DNA of 64,000 nt from Hemiscyllium ocellatum (GCF_020745735.1 NC_083434.1:19031966-19095965), one strand, 5' to 3'. Positions 37,440 to 51,300 are shown, counted from the first letter of the stretch. The notes: generated from the sequence alone by a model not told the origin. Numbers and translations are program-made.

Positions 37440-39020
37440 GCAGAAGTAAGCTATTTCGCCCACTGAGATTGCTTTACTGTGATTATGGCTGATCTGATAA
37501 CCCTTAGCTCCATTTTCTTGCTTTTCCCCCTTAGTCCTTGATTTTAAAAAAACTGCCTATTGTCAACCTTCAATATACTTAATTACCCAGCCTCAGTAGC
37601 CTTCACAGTATGCTACCTTGGTCTGACTAGTATGGTTTTAGCAAGATCTTTGTTTTTATTCAAAATTCTTTTTGAAATAAATACATTTGCCTTCCCCATT
37701 ACCTGCTGAACGTTTTTTGAGATTCATGCAATAGGACCCCCAAATTCCCATATTGCAGCTTTCTGCGGTCTTTTCACACTTAGGAAATATTGCCTCTTCT
37801 ATTTTTCCTGCCAAAGTGCACACTGTAACAATTTTCCATATTATCTTCCATCTGTAAGGTTTTTGCCCACTCACTTAGTCTGTCTATATGCCTCTGTAGA
37901 TGACTTGTCTCTTCATTACATCCCTTGCCACTTGTTTTTGCACCATCTACACACTTGGTGGTGCATTCACTTCCCTCAGCCAAGCCATTAATATATGTTG
38001 TAAGTAATTGAGGCTCTATCATTCATCTCTGTGGCACTCCACTAGTTATAAGTTGCCATCCTGAAAATGCTACCTTTACCCCAACTCTGTGGCTTCTATT
38101 AAATAGGAGAAAGTGAGGAGTGCAGTTGCTGGAGATCAGAGTTGAGAGTGTGTTGCTGGAAAAGCGCAGCAGGTCAGACAGCATCCGAGGAGCAGAAGAA
38201 TCAGTGTTTTGGGCATAGTCCTGATGAAGGACTTATGCCTGAAACTTCGATTCTCCTGCTTCTCAGATGCTGCCTGACCTGCTATGCTTTTCCATGAACA
38301 CACACACACTTCTATTAATTAGCCAATCCTCTCTTCATGCCAATATACTACCTCGTAACACTTCTTAAGAGCCTATAGTGTTAATGTGGTAGCTTGAGTG
38401 CTTTTTGGAAATCCAAATATACTACATCTGCTTCCTCCTTATCAGCCATGCTTGTTACCTCACTCCTTAAAGAACTGTGTTAAATTAGTCAGGCATGATT
38501 TCTCCTTCATGGAGTCATGCTGACTCTGCTGAGTTTGTTTTCTATTTCTAAATGTTATGCTGTCAAATTCTTTACAATATTTGTAAGCACTTTCTAATGA
38601 TGGATGTTAAGCTAACTGGCTAGCAGTTACCTTTATTTTCCTGTCTTCTTGAATAAGGACGTTACAGTTTTCCAATTTTCTGATGCTTGTCCAATATCTA
38701 AGGATTTTTGGAAAATTACTACTAGTAGATCCACTATCTCCACAGATGCATCCTTTGAAATTCTCAGGTACATCTAAACTCCAAGTTCCTAATCAGCCTT
38801 TTGCCCATTTCCTTTTTCTCTGGTGATAGAGAAAACATTTCTAGTCTCTGATTTACCACTATTCTTTGCTGTATTTTTCTTTAGATTTGATATTGTCCTT
38901 GTCCTTCTCATCCTCAGTTAACCGTGGTTGGCTTAATCCCTTCCTAGAATCCTCCTTCCTGACTGGGAAATATCTTTGTTGCTATTGTGAACTGTTTTTA
39001 AAAGTCTGCAGTTGTTCATC
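37440..39020 (-). mobile_element. Old CR1 RT fragment in PSMA2 intron 2
   Basis: PQLLTTYINGL..., LQRHIDRLSEWAKTLQME. Confidence 0.7.
38107..38308. mobile_element. Older fold-back PLE-A-type mini-element in PSMA2 intron 2
   Basis: Inverted pLTR pair; TSD CTTCTATTAA(A/T)TAG at 38093-38106 and 38309-38322. Confidence 0.8.
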
Positions 39021-39377
39021 AACCAACTTTTCTGAGATGGTCTCAGAGTGTTTCAGTTCCTGATTCATCAGCCCTGCATTCAATAAGGGAATTTTGTTGC
39101 CATTCAATGCATTACTTAGGTGGGATGCTGAAATTAATCCATTTTGTTATCGTGCAAGACATCAGATAATTAAATTCAGAGTCTGCAATTTGAGTAAATT
39201 ATCCGTAGCACTTTGTGGTATTCTGAACCCAAGAAGCGATAAATACGATGCAATTTATTATTTGGAAAATGCAGGTATGCTTCAGTGCTAAATAAAATTA
39301 GCACATCATAAACGGATAGGTGAAATGTGTATGCATCTACTTGTGTTGTCTCTCTAAATTATTGCATATTTCTTTAA

Positions 39378-39518
<141 letters not shown>

Positions 39519-40549
39519 TAGGTGAAACAAATGTATGAACTTATTTGTTCTTGGTGTTTACAATAATTGCCAAGAAATTTAAGATGCCTCAGCATCAGAC
39601 TGGTTTTTCCATTCTTCTGAGTCAAACATTTCTGATAATGGCACTTGCCTTTCAGTGATGCGATTGAATTGGCAACCTGTATAGCAGAGCCACTAGGATA
39701 ATAACCTACAGCACCATGATGCTGTTATTAGAGGGAGACAATTTACATCTGCAGAATTTAACAAGTTTAATCACTGAGTTGCATGGAGTCCTTTTGGTGA
39801 GACAATAAGTCTTAAAGCTATTTTCCCTGCATGTACACATTAAGGGAAAAAGCTTTTGGAATGGAATCAGTTGAAAAAAAAATCCATATGTTTGAAACTA
39901 ACACTTTTGCGATCTGAACTGGTAAGCTGGTATAAAAAGCTAGTTAATATTTTAGAGTTTAGCAGATTCTCAAGTAGATAGGAATAGAGTGTACAGGTGG
40001 CTCTTGATTGCTTACTAAAATGCAATAGCTCTATCAGTGGCAGTAAACTGCGATGACTGAAATTGAATATTTGATCCTATGTACTTAAAAGTATGGCAGA
40101 AAACACAGACATGTTGACTATTTTCAGTTGTTAAAGATGACAAACACAAGAATGCCAAATTTCAAATGATCACAGCAATTTACTATGGGAAAATATTTGT
40201 TGATTAACTTGCAAGGTAATGCTGGCCAAGGCATTGCCATTGAGGAAGCCGTGGGGAATTACTGGCTCCCTAAGATTTTGGCTGATTCCGGGAAGAGCAA
40301 GGTTTTAAAAATGTTTAAAATATTCCTTTTGTTTCGAGAAAATGGGTCCCTGTGAACGAATGCTTATGTGTGTTTTCAGTGACATAAAAGTTATTTTAAA
40401 ATTTGTTCATGGTATGTGGATGTCACTAGCTGGGCCAGCATTCATTGCCCATCATTAATTGCTTGCTAGACCATTTAAAGTCTGGTTGAAGATTTGTAGC
40501 TCGGGTGTCCGTTGTTGTGGTTCTGTTCGCCGAGCTGGAAGTTTTTGCT

Positions 40550-40589
40550 GCAAACGTTTCGTTCCCTGGCTAGGGAACATCATCAGTGC
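40550..40589 (-). ncRNA. Minimal type-I hammerhead ribozyme motif (PLE-B pLTR)
   Basis: Exact reverse complement of 42099-42138. Confidence 0.85.
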
Positions 40590-40635
40590 TATTGGAGCCT
40601 CCTGTGAAGCGCTGCTTTGATGTTTCTTCCGGTAT

Positions 40636-42030
40636 TTATAGTGGTTTGTTCTTGCCGTTTCCGGGTGTCAGTTTCAGCTGTAGTGGTTTGTATATGGGGT
40701 CCAGGTCTATGTGTCTGTTAATGGAGTTTGTGGATGAATGCCATGCCTCTAGGAATTCCCTGGCTGTTCTCTGTCTGGCTTGTCCTATGATGGTAGTGTT
40801 TTCCCAGTCAAATTCATGTTCCTGGTTGTCTGAGTGTATGGCTACTAGGGATAGCTGGTCGTGTCGTTTTGTGGCTAGCTGATGTTCATGGATGCGGATT
40901 GTTAGCTGTCTTCCTGTTTGTCCTATATAGTGTTTTGTGCAGTCCTTGCATGGTATTTTGTAAACTACGTTAGTTTGGCTCGTGCTGGCTATTGGGTCCT
41001 TTGTTCTAGTGAGTTGTTGTCTGAGCGTGGAAGTTGGCTTGTGTGCTGTTATGAGTCCTAAGGGTCGCAGTAGTCTGGCTGTCAGTTCTGAGACGCTCCT
41101 GACGTATGGTAGTGTGGCTAGTCCTTTTGGTTGTGGCATGTCCTCGTTCCGTGGTCTATCTCTTAGCCATCTGGTGATAAAGTTGCGTGGGTATCTGTTT
41201 TTGGCGAATACCTTGTATAGGTGTTCCTCTTCCTCTTTTCGCAGTTCTGGTGTACTGCAGTGTGTTGTGGCTCTTTTGAATAGTGTCCTGATGCAGCTTC
41301 GTTTGTGTGTGTTGGGGTGGTTACTTTCATAGTTTAGGACTTGGTCTGTGTGTGTTGGTTTCCTGTGTACCCTTGTGGTGAATTCTCCGTTGGGTGTTCT
41401 CTCTACTAACACGTCTAGGAATGGGAGTTGGCTATCCTTTTCCTCTTCTCTCGTGAATCGTATTCCTGTGAGTGTGGCGTTGATGATTCGGTGTGTTTTT
41501 GATGATTACAAAGGTGTCATTGACGTATCTGATCCAGAGTTTGGGTTGGATTTGTGGTAGGGCTGTATGTTCTAATCTTTGCATAACTGCCTCTGCTATG
41601 AGTCCCGAGATTGGTGATCCCATGGGTGTTCCGTTGATTTGTTCGTATATCTGATTGTTGAATGTAAAGTGTGTGGTGAGGCACAGGTCTAGTAGTTTAA
41701 GTATGCCGTCCTTGTTGATAGGTTCGGCCTCCTGTGTTCTGTTATGTATGTCCAGTAGGTTGGCTATTGTTTCTCTGGCTAGGGTTTTGTCAATTGATGT
41801 GAACAGTGCCGTCACGTCGAATGATACCATGGTTTCTTCTTTGTCTATGTGTGTATTCCTGATGATGTCCAAGAATTCCTGTGTTGACTGTATGGAGTGT
41901 TTGGATCCGCTGACTAGGTGTTTCAGTTTTTGTTGTAGTTCTTTGGCCAGTTTGTATGCTGGTGTCCCTGGTAGTGATACTATGGGTCTGAGTGGGATGT
42001 CTGGTTTGTGTACTTTGGGTAGTCCGTAGA
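40636..42030 (-). pseudogene. Disabled PLE-B RT/GIY-YIG ORF
   Basis: Catalytic YVDD appears as YVND, and a frameshift near 41490 splits the frame into the 146-aa and 258-aa track ORFs. Confidence 0.85.
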
Positions 42031-42098
42031 ATCCAAGAACAAACCACTATAAATACCGGAAGAAACATCAAAGCAGGGCTTCACAGGAGGCTCCAATA

Positions 42099-42138
42099 GC
42101 ACTGATGATGTTCCCTAGCCAGGGAACGAAACGTTTGC
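42099..42138 (+). ncRNA. Minimal type-I hammerhead ribozyme motif (PLE-B pLTR), sense to PSMA2 pre-mRNA
   Basis: GCA-CUGAUGA-U-GUUCCCU agcc AGGGAAC-GAAA-C-GUU-UGC: 7-bp stem II, intact core, GUU site. Confidence 0.85.
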
Positions 42139-42793
42139 AGCAAAAACTTCCAGCTCGGCGAACAGAACCACTTGCTAGACCATTTCAAAAGTCAACCAAA
42201 TATCTGCCAAATATATTCCAAATAACTGGAATATCTGCCCTCTGAAATCCCTGAACCAATATCATATTTTTATAAATTTGAAATATTAATGTCTGTCTTG
42301 TAAGATTATTTGCTTCAATATCATTCGTTTATGTGAAGTACTGATAACTTTGTTACTGTTCAACGCAGTCAGTTGGAACGTATAAACAAGAAATGCTATT
42401 GTATGAGGAGGTAATGGTTCGGTGTTGATAAACTTGGAATTTTAATCTTGAAGACGATGCCAACATAAGAGGAATGTAGAATATTTTGAGGTACTAGACA
42501 AGAGACTCTGAGTTTTGCTTGTGTTATAGGGAGATAGAAGAAGGAAAAAGAAAAGTGTTCTTGTAAGAAAATATGATTGAAATTCATTTAATTGTAATAA
42601 CTGGAGCTTTTGTCCACTAAGTCCTGCAGTATAGATGATATTCATCAATGCAGAGTGGAATCATAGACACACGAGTGAGTAGTGTCGTGATGGGGCCGAA
42701 TGGGAGAGAAGGCACTGACGGTTATTTACTGAATAGGTAGTATGAAAATATGAATTATGACAGGGTTTGGATAGAAATGTGTGCATTTAATGA

Positions 42794-42955
<162 letters not shown>

Positions 42956-43523
42956 TAAGTTATTGCTACCTTCATATTCTCAACATGGACTATTAACATA
43001 AATTCGTTGTCACATTTACTGAGAGGAACATTTAAGGTGAGTTGCCCTGCACTGAAGTCATTTTTGCATTTTGTTGTGACTGGATCTGCAGTTCAGGTTC
43101 AGTCAACTGTTTGGGTTTGTAATTAAATGACAAGGCAAGGATGCTTGATACAAAGATTAGTTTAAGGATAAACTTAATGTCTTACCTTCTGTTTTAGTCT
43201 TTAAGAGATTCAGATCCAAAAATATATGAAGTGCACATTCACAACCTTGTAAACTACAAATACTGAAATTTGTCACAGCAAGTGTCACTAAATATACACA
43301 AGTTCAGAATTTAAACAAAATAATTCATTAAATATGGACTGTTCTGAGAATTGAGAGATTTACTTAAATGCCCGTCTTTAATAGTTTTACCTTGTTAGAG
43401 TGATTCATTTTTATAACTTCTTGTAGTCTGCAACTTTTGATCTTTCAGAATGTATTGGTTATATTGACTACAGGATATCCCAGCAAGCTAAGGATTAGAA
43501 CTCATTCTTTTGTCTTGTTTCAG

Positions 43524-43605
43524 TGGTGTTCGTCCGTTTGGCGTCTCACTGCTGATTGCTGGCTGGGATGAGGACCGACCATATTTGTTTCAATCAGATC
43601 CATCT
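43524..43605 (+). CDS. PSMA2: PSMA2 exon 5
   Basis: [27 protein letters not shown]; tttcag/gtaagt; 82 nt. Confidence 0.97.
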
Positions 43606-44485
43606 GTAAGTACTTAGGATGGAAGTTTTGAGATCTAATTCCCAAGTTGTTCTCTTTTTCCCTGTATTTGCTTTCTGGAGACAATATGCTCCAAATCTTT
43701 GCCAATCTTGATTTTTATAAATTGTACTAAAATCATCTAATTTTAATAAATAAAAGACAAAAATATGGAGCTGGAATTGCTCTATAATTGATAGGAAATT
43801 GAAAGTAAAGATTGCCTAGTACCCTGTGGGTGATTATGTTTTACTGCACTGAAGGTTCTACTTTCATTTTGAAACTTGAGTAACATTTAATCAAGTGCAA
43901 TTATAGCCCAAGTTCTCGAATTGTTCCGATAGAAATAAGATCCTGGTGATCAGGATAAACATTCAAAATAGCACATTTTCATCTCCGTCAGTTTCACTCT
44001 GTCACCAATAAATTAAACAAGGCTGGCCAGTCCTAATTCAATTTTTTGTTAAACAGAACAATATCCAGATGTTGAATTTGGCATCAAAAGGCTTCCAGGG
44101 ATTTACATGAGTTTTATTATAAATCTATTGTTTAGCACAAATGCCAGTTTCCACTTTTCCCTTCTTAACCGTCTCCTTGTCCAGAAACCAACTCTTACTA
44201 GGGAAGAACTCAATCCCTTTTTTAAATAAATAAACCCAACAACAAATTTACAGTTCACCCAGTTAACCCATTACAAGAAGTGCACAACTTTTTTTTTCAA
44301 CTCAACTTATTTGGACATGTTATGGCAGGTGGGATTAAAAACCAGCTCTTGACATTTTTAATCAATGTGCTCAGCCACATTGTTACTTCCCCCTCAAGCA
44401 CGTTACCCTGATGCTTTGATATCTATAGAATTCCACTTGCAAGAAAACATTATTACAATAGCTGAAAAGTCATTCAAAAGTGCCA

Positions 44486-44592
44486 GTTCTGAAGAATAGA
44501 TCACTGAACCTTGAAACGTTAACTCTGGATTTCTCTCCACAGATGCTGCTAGACATGCTGAGCTCTTCCAGCAGTTTGCTTTTGTTTCAAAA
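44486..44592 (+). mobile_element. Old PLE pLTR (family C) with hammerhead core, PSMA2 intron 5
   Basis: AGUU-CUGAAGA-(decayed stem II)-GAAA-C-GUU-AACU followed by CTCTCCACAGATGCTGCTAGAC... Confidence 0.6.
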
Positions 44593-44699
44593 TTAATCTC
44601 CCAATAAAATAGAGTGTAGTGTAATCTCTATTCCTCAAGTGTTCCTCAAAGCCTTCAGATACCAGCCTGTCCTTGCCCTTATAGGCCCCACATGGTAGG

Positions 44700-45375
44700 A
44701 CCTATACCGTACAGCTCCATCTCTTTGTCAGTTCTTGATGAAATCTTTTGTCAGCATTCTAATATATTCTAAATTTTTTCTAGTTCTATAACTTTGAGTA
44801 TCTCTATCATCCTAACTTCAGTCTTATTAACTGCAACAGTCTCCAATTGTGGAGATGCTTACTGTTGTTCGATGTTGGAATCTGTAATGCTTTTTTGATA
44901 ACCAAAAAAACTTTATTTCTGATTTCAACTCCTTCCTGGTAAGGATGAGGGCAAGCCTATATTTTGCTGCTTTCGAGTTGAAGTGACCTGAGTCCACATC
45001 TCCAACTTATTCTTCCACTGCTCATATGGCTCCAACTTTAACACACCAGTGGATAACCATATTTTGTGGTTCTTCATCATGACTTGGAAATTTCGCTTTA
45101 AAAAGCCACTAGGAACTTTGCATCTGTCAGAAATCAGGATTACTTCTTTTTTTATCATCCCACCTGAAGAGATTTATATTAATCCTCTGCCATGTTTAAC
45201 AAGCTGATACCCATATGTTAAAGTTGGCACGAAAGCATTTTCAAGATTTACAAGGATTTATTGTACATCTGTAGAATAAACATCAGTTTCCATATTTCCT
45301 GTCCAAAGCCTAGCTCTTGCATAATAAGTCTATTAGGCATTACCTGCTTTTGATCATAGACATTGATTCTCAACA
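44700..45375 (-). mobile_element. LTR retrotransposon relic (LTR, PBS, gag start) in PSMA2 intron 5
   Basis: TGTT...AACA-bounded 45216-45375; adjacent minus-strand TGGGTATCAGC resembles a tRNAi-Met PBS; downstream EPYEQWKNKLEMWTQVTS is gag-like. Confidence 0.45.
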
Positions 45376-47178
45376 CAAGATTTCCTCTTCAAGAGAAGCC
45401 AAAGGAATGTTGTTAGAAATTAAAGAAATCTGCAATTTTACAAGTATGATTGCTGTTCTGTGGTTCGAAATAATATACATTATTAGGAAAGAGTAAAAGA
45501 AAACTGTCTGCTTGGCTGTGTTCTACCTATTAGCATTAGGAAATTTCATTTTCCATGGCATTAATATTTTTCACCTAGAAAATGTTTTATGCTCAAAAGA
45601 CTTCTGATGTATCTAACCATATTGGCACTGATGTGATGTTTGACAAAATAGAAATTGTACAAAAGTAGCTCTGGTGAGAAACACCTCTCCTGAATCTTGA
45701 AAGCCTGTTCACCTTGGGTGAAAATTAGGAGTTCAGTGGAATACTATCCACTTGCCTGAATGATGACAGATTGAAGAATGTTCTAAGCTCAACATCGAGG
45801 AAAAAGCAGCAGAATGATTTGCACTCCTGCTACCACAGATGCATCGTGTGCGCCATCTACAATATGCACTGCAACAAATCACCATGGTCTTTTCAGCAGC
45901 ACCTTACCAAGCCATAAATTTACAACCTCAGGTTCAAGGGAATACCGTTACCTGTAAGTTCTCTTTCTAGGCACAAATCATAGCATCGTTTCTGTCACTG
46001 GTTCAAAATCCTGAAAAGTTTAGGTTTTACAGTATGGCAAGAGGCCTTTTGGCCCATTGTGTCCATGCTGGCCTCCCATATCTATCTATTCTAATTCCAT
46101 TTTCCAGGATCTGTCTCATAACCTTGTGTGTTATGACGTTTCAAGTGCTCATCTAATAATTAAATGTCTGTGGGTTTTCACCTCTGTCATACATTTTGGC
46201 AGTGAGTTTCAGATGCCCACAGCTCCTCGGGTGAATTTCCTTTTCTTCAAATACCCTGTAAATCTCCTGCAACATACTTCCAACACTTTGTTTTTATTTT
46301 TGATTATATTTCATTCTATTTTGCTCTCCATTAGTTGTCTTGTTTTCGTTCAAATGTAAATTATAAAAGATAAGGAAATAGACTGCTGGTCCCCTCATTC
46401 ACCAAAGTCTCAGATACATTGACCTTGGTCCTGAAAGTTAGCAATTTAAAAGTCAAAATAAAATCCAGGCTTGGGGGAAGAAAAAAAGTCTAACTGAGCA
46501 ATTATGCAATGCAACATGGGCCATTTTTTTTTTGGCCAGGAAGGCTATGACTGAATTTGGGCCATAACCAATTCATAACCATCATAAATATAGTTAAAGC
46601 CAATGGCCATTAAGGGCGATGCTATTACAACATGCAATGATGTGTTACTCTCCTTCCCAACAAAATTAAGTCTGTGATCTACACTGAAGCCATTGCTTTT
46701 CAGATGCGTACGATTCAGATGCGGCAAAACAAATTCAATTATTATCAGCTTCAAATTTTCCAGAAGACAATTGTTCATAATTCAACAGCTCAGTAATGTA
46801 CTTGACAATAAGGTACACTATGAAGCAGCAGTGAAACTTCTGTTGTGTACAACAGTTGTAACAAGCACAATCTGTAAAATTGATGTGAAAGATGCCTTAG
46901 ACTTCCAGTACACATTGTGGAGTTGCTCTTACTAAAGCAAAATGGCTGGAGTTTTTGTCGCACTGAAATTTGCTGATGCAGTTTCTGCTCCTACTCAATA
47001 TTTTCTTTGGTTTGCCCTTTAAAAGTATTGCTTCGTTTATTTTCAGGAGAGTTAGATTGGAGTTTGTTTTCCTATTCCTTATTGCTAACTGGATGAAGTG
47101 TGCTACTTTTTTTTTATTGTCAAGCCAGTCAGAGTGTGATCCTTCCACTCAACTTTTATTCTTTTCTTTTTCCAATAG

Positions 47179-47252
47179 GGTGCTTATTTTGCATGGAAAG
47201 CAACAGCCATGGGAAAGAATTATGTAAATGGGAAAACCTTCCTTGAAAAGAG
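47179..47252 (+). CDS. PSMA2: PSMA2 exon 6
   Basis: GAYFAWKATAMGKNYVNGKTFLEK(R); aatag/gt; 74 nt. Confidence 0.97.
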
Positions 47253-47629
47253 GTAGAAATGCCATAATGGTGGTGTGGTACTATATTTTCTTGCATACCA
47301 GATGTAACAATATTGTAAATGTGGTGTTCATAACGGGCAGAAATTTCTAAGATTTTGATGAACAGATCATTTAAAGCAAATATTTTCCATTTTGTCCCAG
47401 GCCCAGTTGTCCTGTTCTCAGAATTTTGTACACATTTTACATTGAGATTTTGTTTGAGTATTTCCAAATGGTAAATGCATGCATTTCATTTAGGATTCTG
47501 TTCTGGTTTAATGTTTAATTGAGTAATATATAAAAACTTGCTGTGAGATTTTCATAAATTCCTGTTTTAAGCTCTAGAAATAGTGAAAGAAATTATTTCA
47601 GGAGGAAATAAGTTTCTTTGTGTTTGTAG

Positions 47630-47687
47630 GTACAATGAAGACCTAGAACTTGAAGATGCCATTCATACAGCAATCTTAACACTAAAG
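47630..47687 (+). CDS. PSMA2: PSMA2 exon 7
   Basis: YNEDLELEDAIHTAILTLK; tgtag/gt; 58 nt. Confidence 0.97.
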
Positions 47688-47785
47688 GTCAGATATCACA
47701 TTTGTTGTACAAATATTAAATTATCTGGATTTTTTCTGTAAAAATGAATGGTACTGATTGGAGTGATTTTTTTTCTCCAAAACAG

Positions 47786-47902
47786 GAAAGCTTTGAAGGC
47801 CAGATGACAGAAGACAATATAGAGGTTGGAATTTGTGATGAAGCAGGATTTCGAAGACTCACTCCAGCAGAAGTCAAAGACTATTTAGCTACCATAGTCT
47901 AA
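47786..47902 (+). CDS. PSMA2: PSMA2 exon 8, terminal coding exon
   Basis: [38 protein letters not shown]. Exon sum 41+77+133+123+82+74+58+117=705 nt = 234 aa + stop. Confidence 0.97.
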   Translation, partial: ESFEGQMTEDNIEVGICDEAGFRRLTPAEVKDYLATIV

Positions 47903-48442
47903 CATTTATTGAAACTGATTTTTTTTAATATGGAAGAAATATTAGTCAACCTCTGATTATAATTTGAAAACCTTTTTATTCCACTCTTCAGTTTTGGCAA
48001 TGGTTAAACAGTCAATACAATGTAAAACTATGTTGCACAAGTACATCTGATAAATCTTGTCTTAGAAATGAAAACCAATTTGTGTAGCTCTTGTCATTTA
48101 ATATTTTTGTGATGTCAATGAAGCAATTTATGTCTTTTTAATGTCTGTATTTGCCACAATTGCACATTTTTTCTCTCTCAATGAGGCTGCTGCTTTTAAT
48201 TGCATGTCTGCTGACGCGTTCTTTCTCATCATGGGATAAAACATGTGAAAAGGGAAAGAAAAATGCCACATGATATTTATACTGAGTAGTGATCCACCTG
48301 TGAAAGGGTTTGTTAATCAGTTTGACTGAGGTTAGTTCTACACTGCACCTGTCAAAATGGTGAGTGGAAGGAGGGAGAATTCCTAGGAGCCTTGTTTAAT
48401 ACTTTGAATTGTTCTTCTGGTTCTGCATACCTAGAGTTAGGT

Positions 48443-48448
48443 AATAAA
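48443..48448 (+). terminator. Candidate PSMA2 polyadenylation signal
   Basis: First canonical AATAAA I found downstream of the stop (~540 nt). Non-canonical upstream sites are possible. Confidence 0.35.
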
Positions 48449-50719
48449 TACAGCAAAAATTGTGACATTACATCCAACTGGGTGTATGATAATGGTTAAA
48501 TTCTGCAGTTTTAGTATACACTTTAGCATACTTGTATGATGCAGTTCCTTGGCATTTCAATCTGCTGTTAATTCCCCTTTCCAGATTCTTTCCTGAGTTG
48601 GAAGCAAGTTCCATTTTGCTTAGCTTCCTTTCAAGCTCATAATTGTCACTTTTCAATTTCTCCTTGGTGTACAAGTGTCAGTTTGAATTTGGGGGTTCCA
48701 ATATATTCATTCTGCTGTTAAATATAATCGTATCCAAATTGTTACAAGGTCAAGGTTTATTTGTGTTGATTCATCTTCTGCCTTAAGTACGCATTCTTGT
48801 ACGCTAATAGCTTTGTTAACTTTGATCAGTGAGAGTTTTCAGTGGTCAGTTATCAGCCAACAACTTTTTATGAATGCCAAACAATGGTCATTCACCAAGT
48901 GCACATTTCATGTTCACTATAAAGTACTTTAGTTCTTGCTTCATCGTGGTGCTGACAATGTGGTATTTAACTGGTTGTTCCAAATTTAGGTTTCACTAAC
49001 ACAAACAAACCAAAATCTGCATCCCTTTCAATGGATTTATAAGATAACGTAATGCTATTTGAAGAGTAGGGTATTTCTTAGTTATTGTTTTATCCTTTAG
49101 CCATCACAATTTTTAAAAAGTTAATTGTGGAACTGTGCTGTACATAAATAGGTTGTTGGGTTGTCCATTTTACAATGAAAATACACTCCAGTACTTCATT
49201 GCCTGTAAATCTTTTGAAAAGTCTTGAAGTAATGAACAGCGCTATATAAAAGTAGGTTCTTCTATCAATATTCAACTAGATTATCACTTTTGATCAAGCA
49301 GATTGATGGTAGGACCTGAGATGAATAAGGGTACCTTTCAAAAAGTGTTATTTTGTAATGAAACTCGAGTAAAACAAAAGTTAAACCACCTGAATATGTC
49401 AATTTTCCTCAATCCAGAAGGACACTTGTTTCCAATCTGAGTCTGCATCTCAAGATCTCCAGCTGTAAAATTTGATCTTTGCCAGCTGTTGCTCCCTTCT
49501 CAACCCAGCCTTCAAATCCATGCGACCTAAGTTTTTTTTGGATATGTATGCATTTTGGCAGACAACAAATGCTTAATTATCCTACTTGAGTAATTGTTAC
49601 CTAATTTTACTAAAATTGTTAACTTATGAAAACCATAAGACGGGAGACAATGAGGGAAAAGTCTGAGGCAATCATGACTATTTTGAAAGAAAGAATGAAA
49701 GCCATTCAGAGCAGTGTTAATCAGAAGCAGAGACACATTTCAGAGGAAGAGAACCTATTAGAAAAACTGCAATCATGCAGGAGACCAATCAATAAGTAAA
49801 CATTGTAAGTGGCATAGACCCATGCAGAGCCCTGATTAGAATTATGCCCAGCTGATTTGTTGTCAGCTATTTGAGCTTACACTTCATTTGTATAGTACAG
49901 TAAATTTGAACTACTTATATCCCAGTCAATGCCATTTCCTGTGTAATGAAGTAGGTAGTCTCATTAAATTCTACTGGACTGCTGTTTTTGAGTGGCTTGA
50001 TTTATCTTGTAGAGCTAGCTAGAGATTCTGGTGTCATCTTATCAATTTTCCCTGCAATATTTCATAGTAGGAAATCTGTTGTGAGAAAAATATTTGGACT
50101 TTATGCTTTCAATACCACTTGCTAGTGATTTAACAGCCAGTTTTACTAATTACTCACTCGAATCCATCCAGTTTTGAACTATTGAAATGTCCACTTACCA
50201 TCGCTACTCTAGTGAGCATGACCTATATTTTTAAAGCTCATGAGCAGTCTATTGACTCACTTGAACTGGTGAGCTGTCTTGTGCTATATAAACTGTTCTG
50301 TGATATGCCCATTTTGTTATGTACTTGCCCTTCATATTGTTTGTAATTTTGTGTTGCCAGAAAATAGCGACAATGTCTTGAAATTATGCTGGTAGGATTA
50401 TTAGTTCCCCTAGAGGTGGCTGGGCACTGATGACGGTGTGTGGAGGTGACCACCAATTGACTGCCCTTCTAACACCAAATTCAATGTATTCCACTCCCAT
50501 ATCAGTTGCATACAAAAAAAAACTATATCTCTTGACTGGTCAGATGAGAGCAAATATTTGTGACGCAGAAAGGCTTTGTCCTTTTAGGAACATCTGAACA
50601 AAACACCAGCTGTAGTCCAACCCAAGAAGCAAATTTAACCAATCTTGCTGGATCTAAATTGTGTACTGCTGCCACTTGTACAAAGTCTCTGCTGACAAGT
50701 ACTTGTCCGTCATAGGTTT

Positions 50720-51240
50720 ACATCAGGTTGTCTTTTTGCACGCTTAGCTGGTGGGTTTGTTCAGATATTTTATCACCATCCTAGGTAAAATCAGTGAGCC
50801 TCTGGTGAAGTATTGGTGTTCTGTCCTGCTTGCTATTTTTGTCTTGTTTTGTTTGTGGTGGGTGGTATTTCCAGTTCTGTTTCTGAGACATTGGTAAATG
50901 GGGTCCAAATCTATATATTTGTTAATAGTTTCAGGTTGAATGCCAGGCATTTAGGAATTCCCGTACATCTTTTTGTTTAGTCTCTCCCAGTATGGATGTA
51001 CTGTCCTAGTCAAACTGGTGTCCTCCTTCATCTGTGTGTATGGATACCAGTGACAGTTGGTCATGTCGTTTGGTGGCTAGTTCATGCTCATGTATCCTGG
51101 TGGCGAGTTTCCTGCAGTTTGTCCAATACAATGTTTTTGCAATCCTTGCAGGGTGTTTTGTATATTATGTTCATTCTGCTGGCTGTGGATTTGGGCTTCT
51201 TTAAATTCATCAGGGAATCCCTAGAAACCTGACATTCAAA
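50720..51240 (-). mobile_element. Older PLE-B-related GIY-YIG fragment
   Basis: NIIYKTPCKDCK... and INKYIDLDPIYQCL match the PLE-B C-terminus. Confidence 0.72.
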
Positions 51241-51300
51241 CCAGAACTGCATTTGTGAACATGTAGATTTAGACTCCATAATACAATTAAACATAAATAA

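Larger units (their letters stand above)
40477..42170 (-). mobile_element. Penelope-like element, family B (Poseidon/Penelope-like), in PSMA2 intron 3; 5'-truncated with a 138-bp inverted pLTR
   Basis: RT (FYGLPKVHKPDIPLRPI, SFDVTALFTSI, QINGTPMGSPIS) and GIY-YIG (VVYKIPC..C..HYIGQTGR); arms 40517-40654 and 42034-42171; 15-bp TSD CTTGCTAGACCATTT at 40462-40476 and 42171-42185. Confidence 0.93.
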
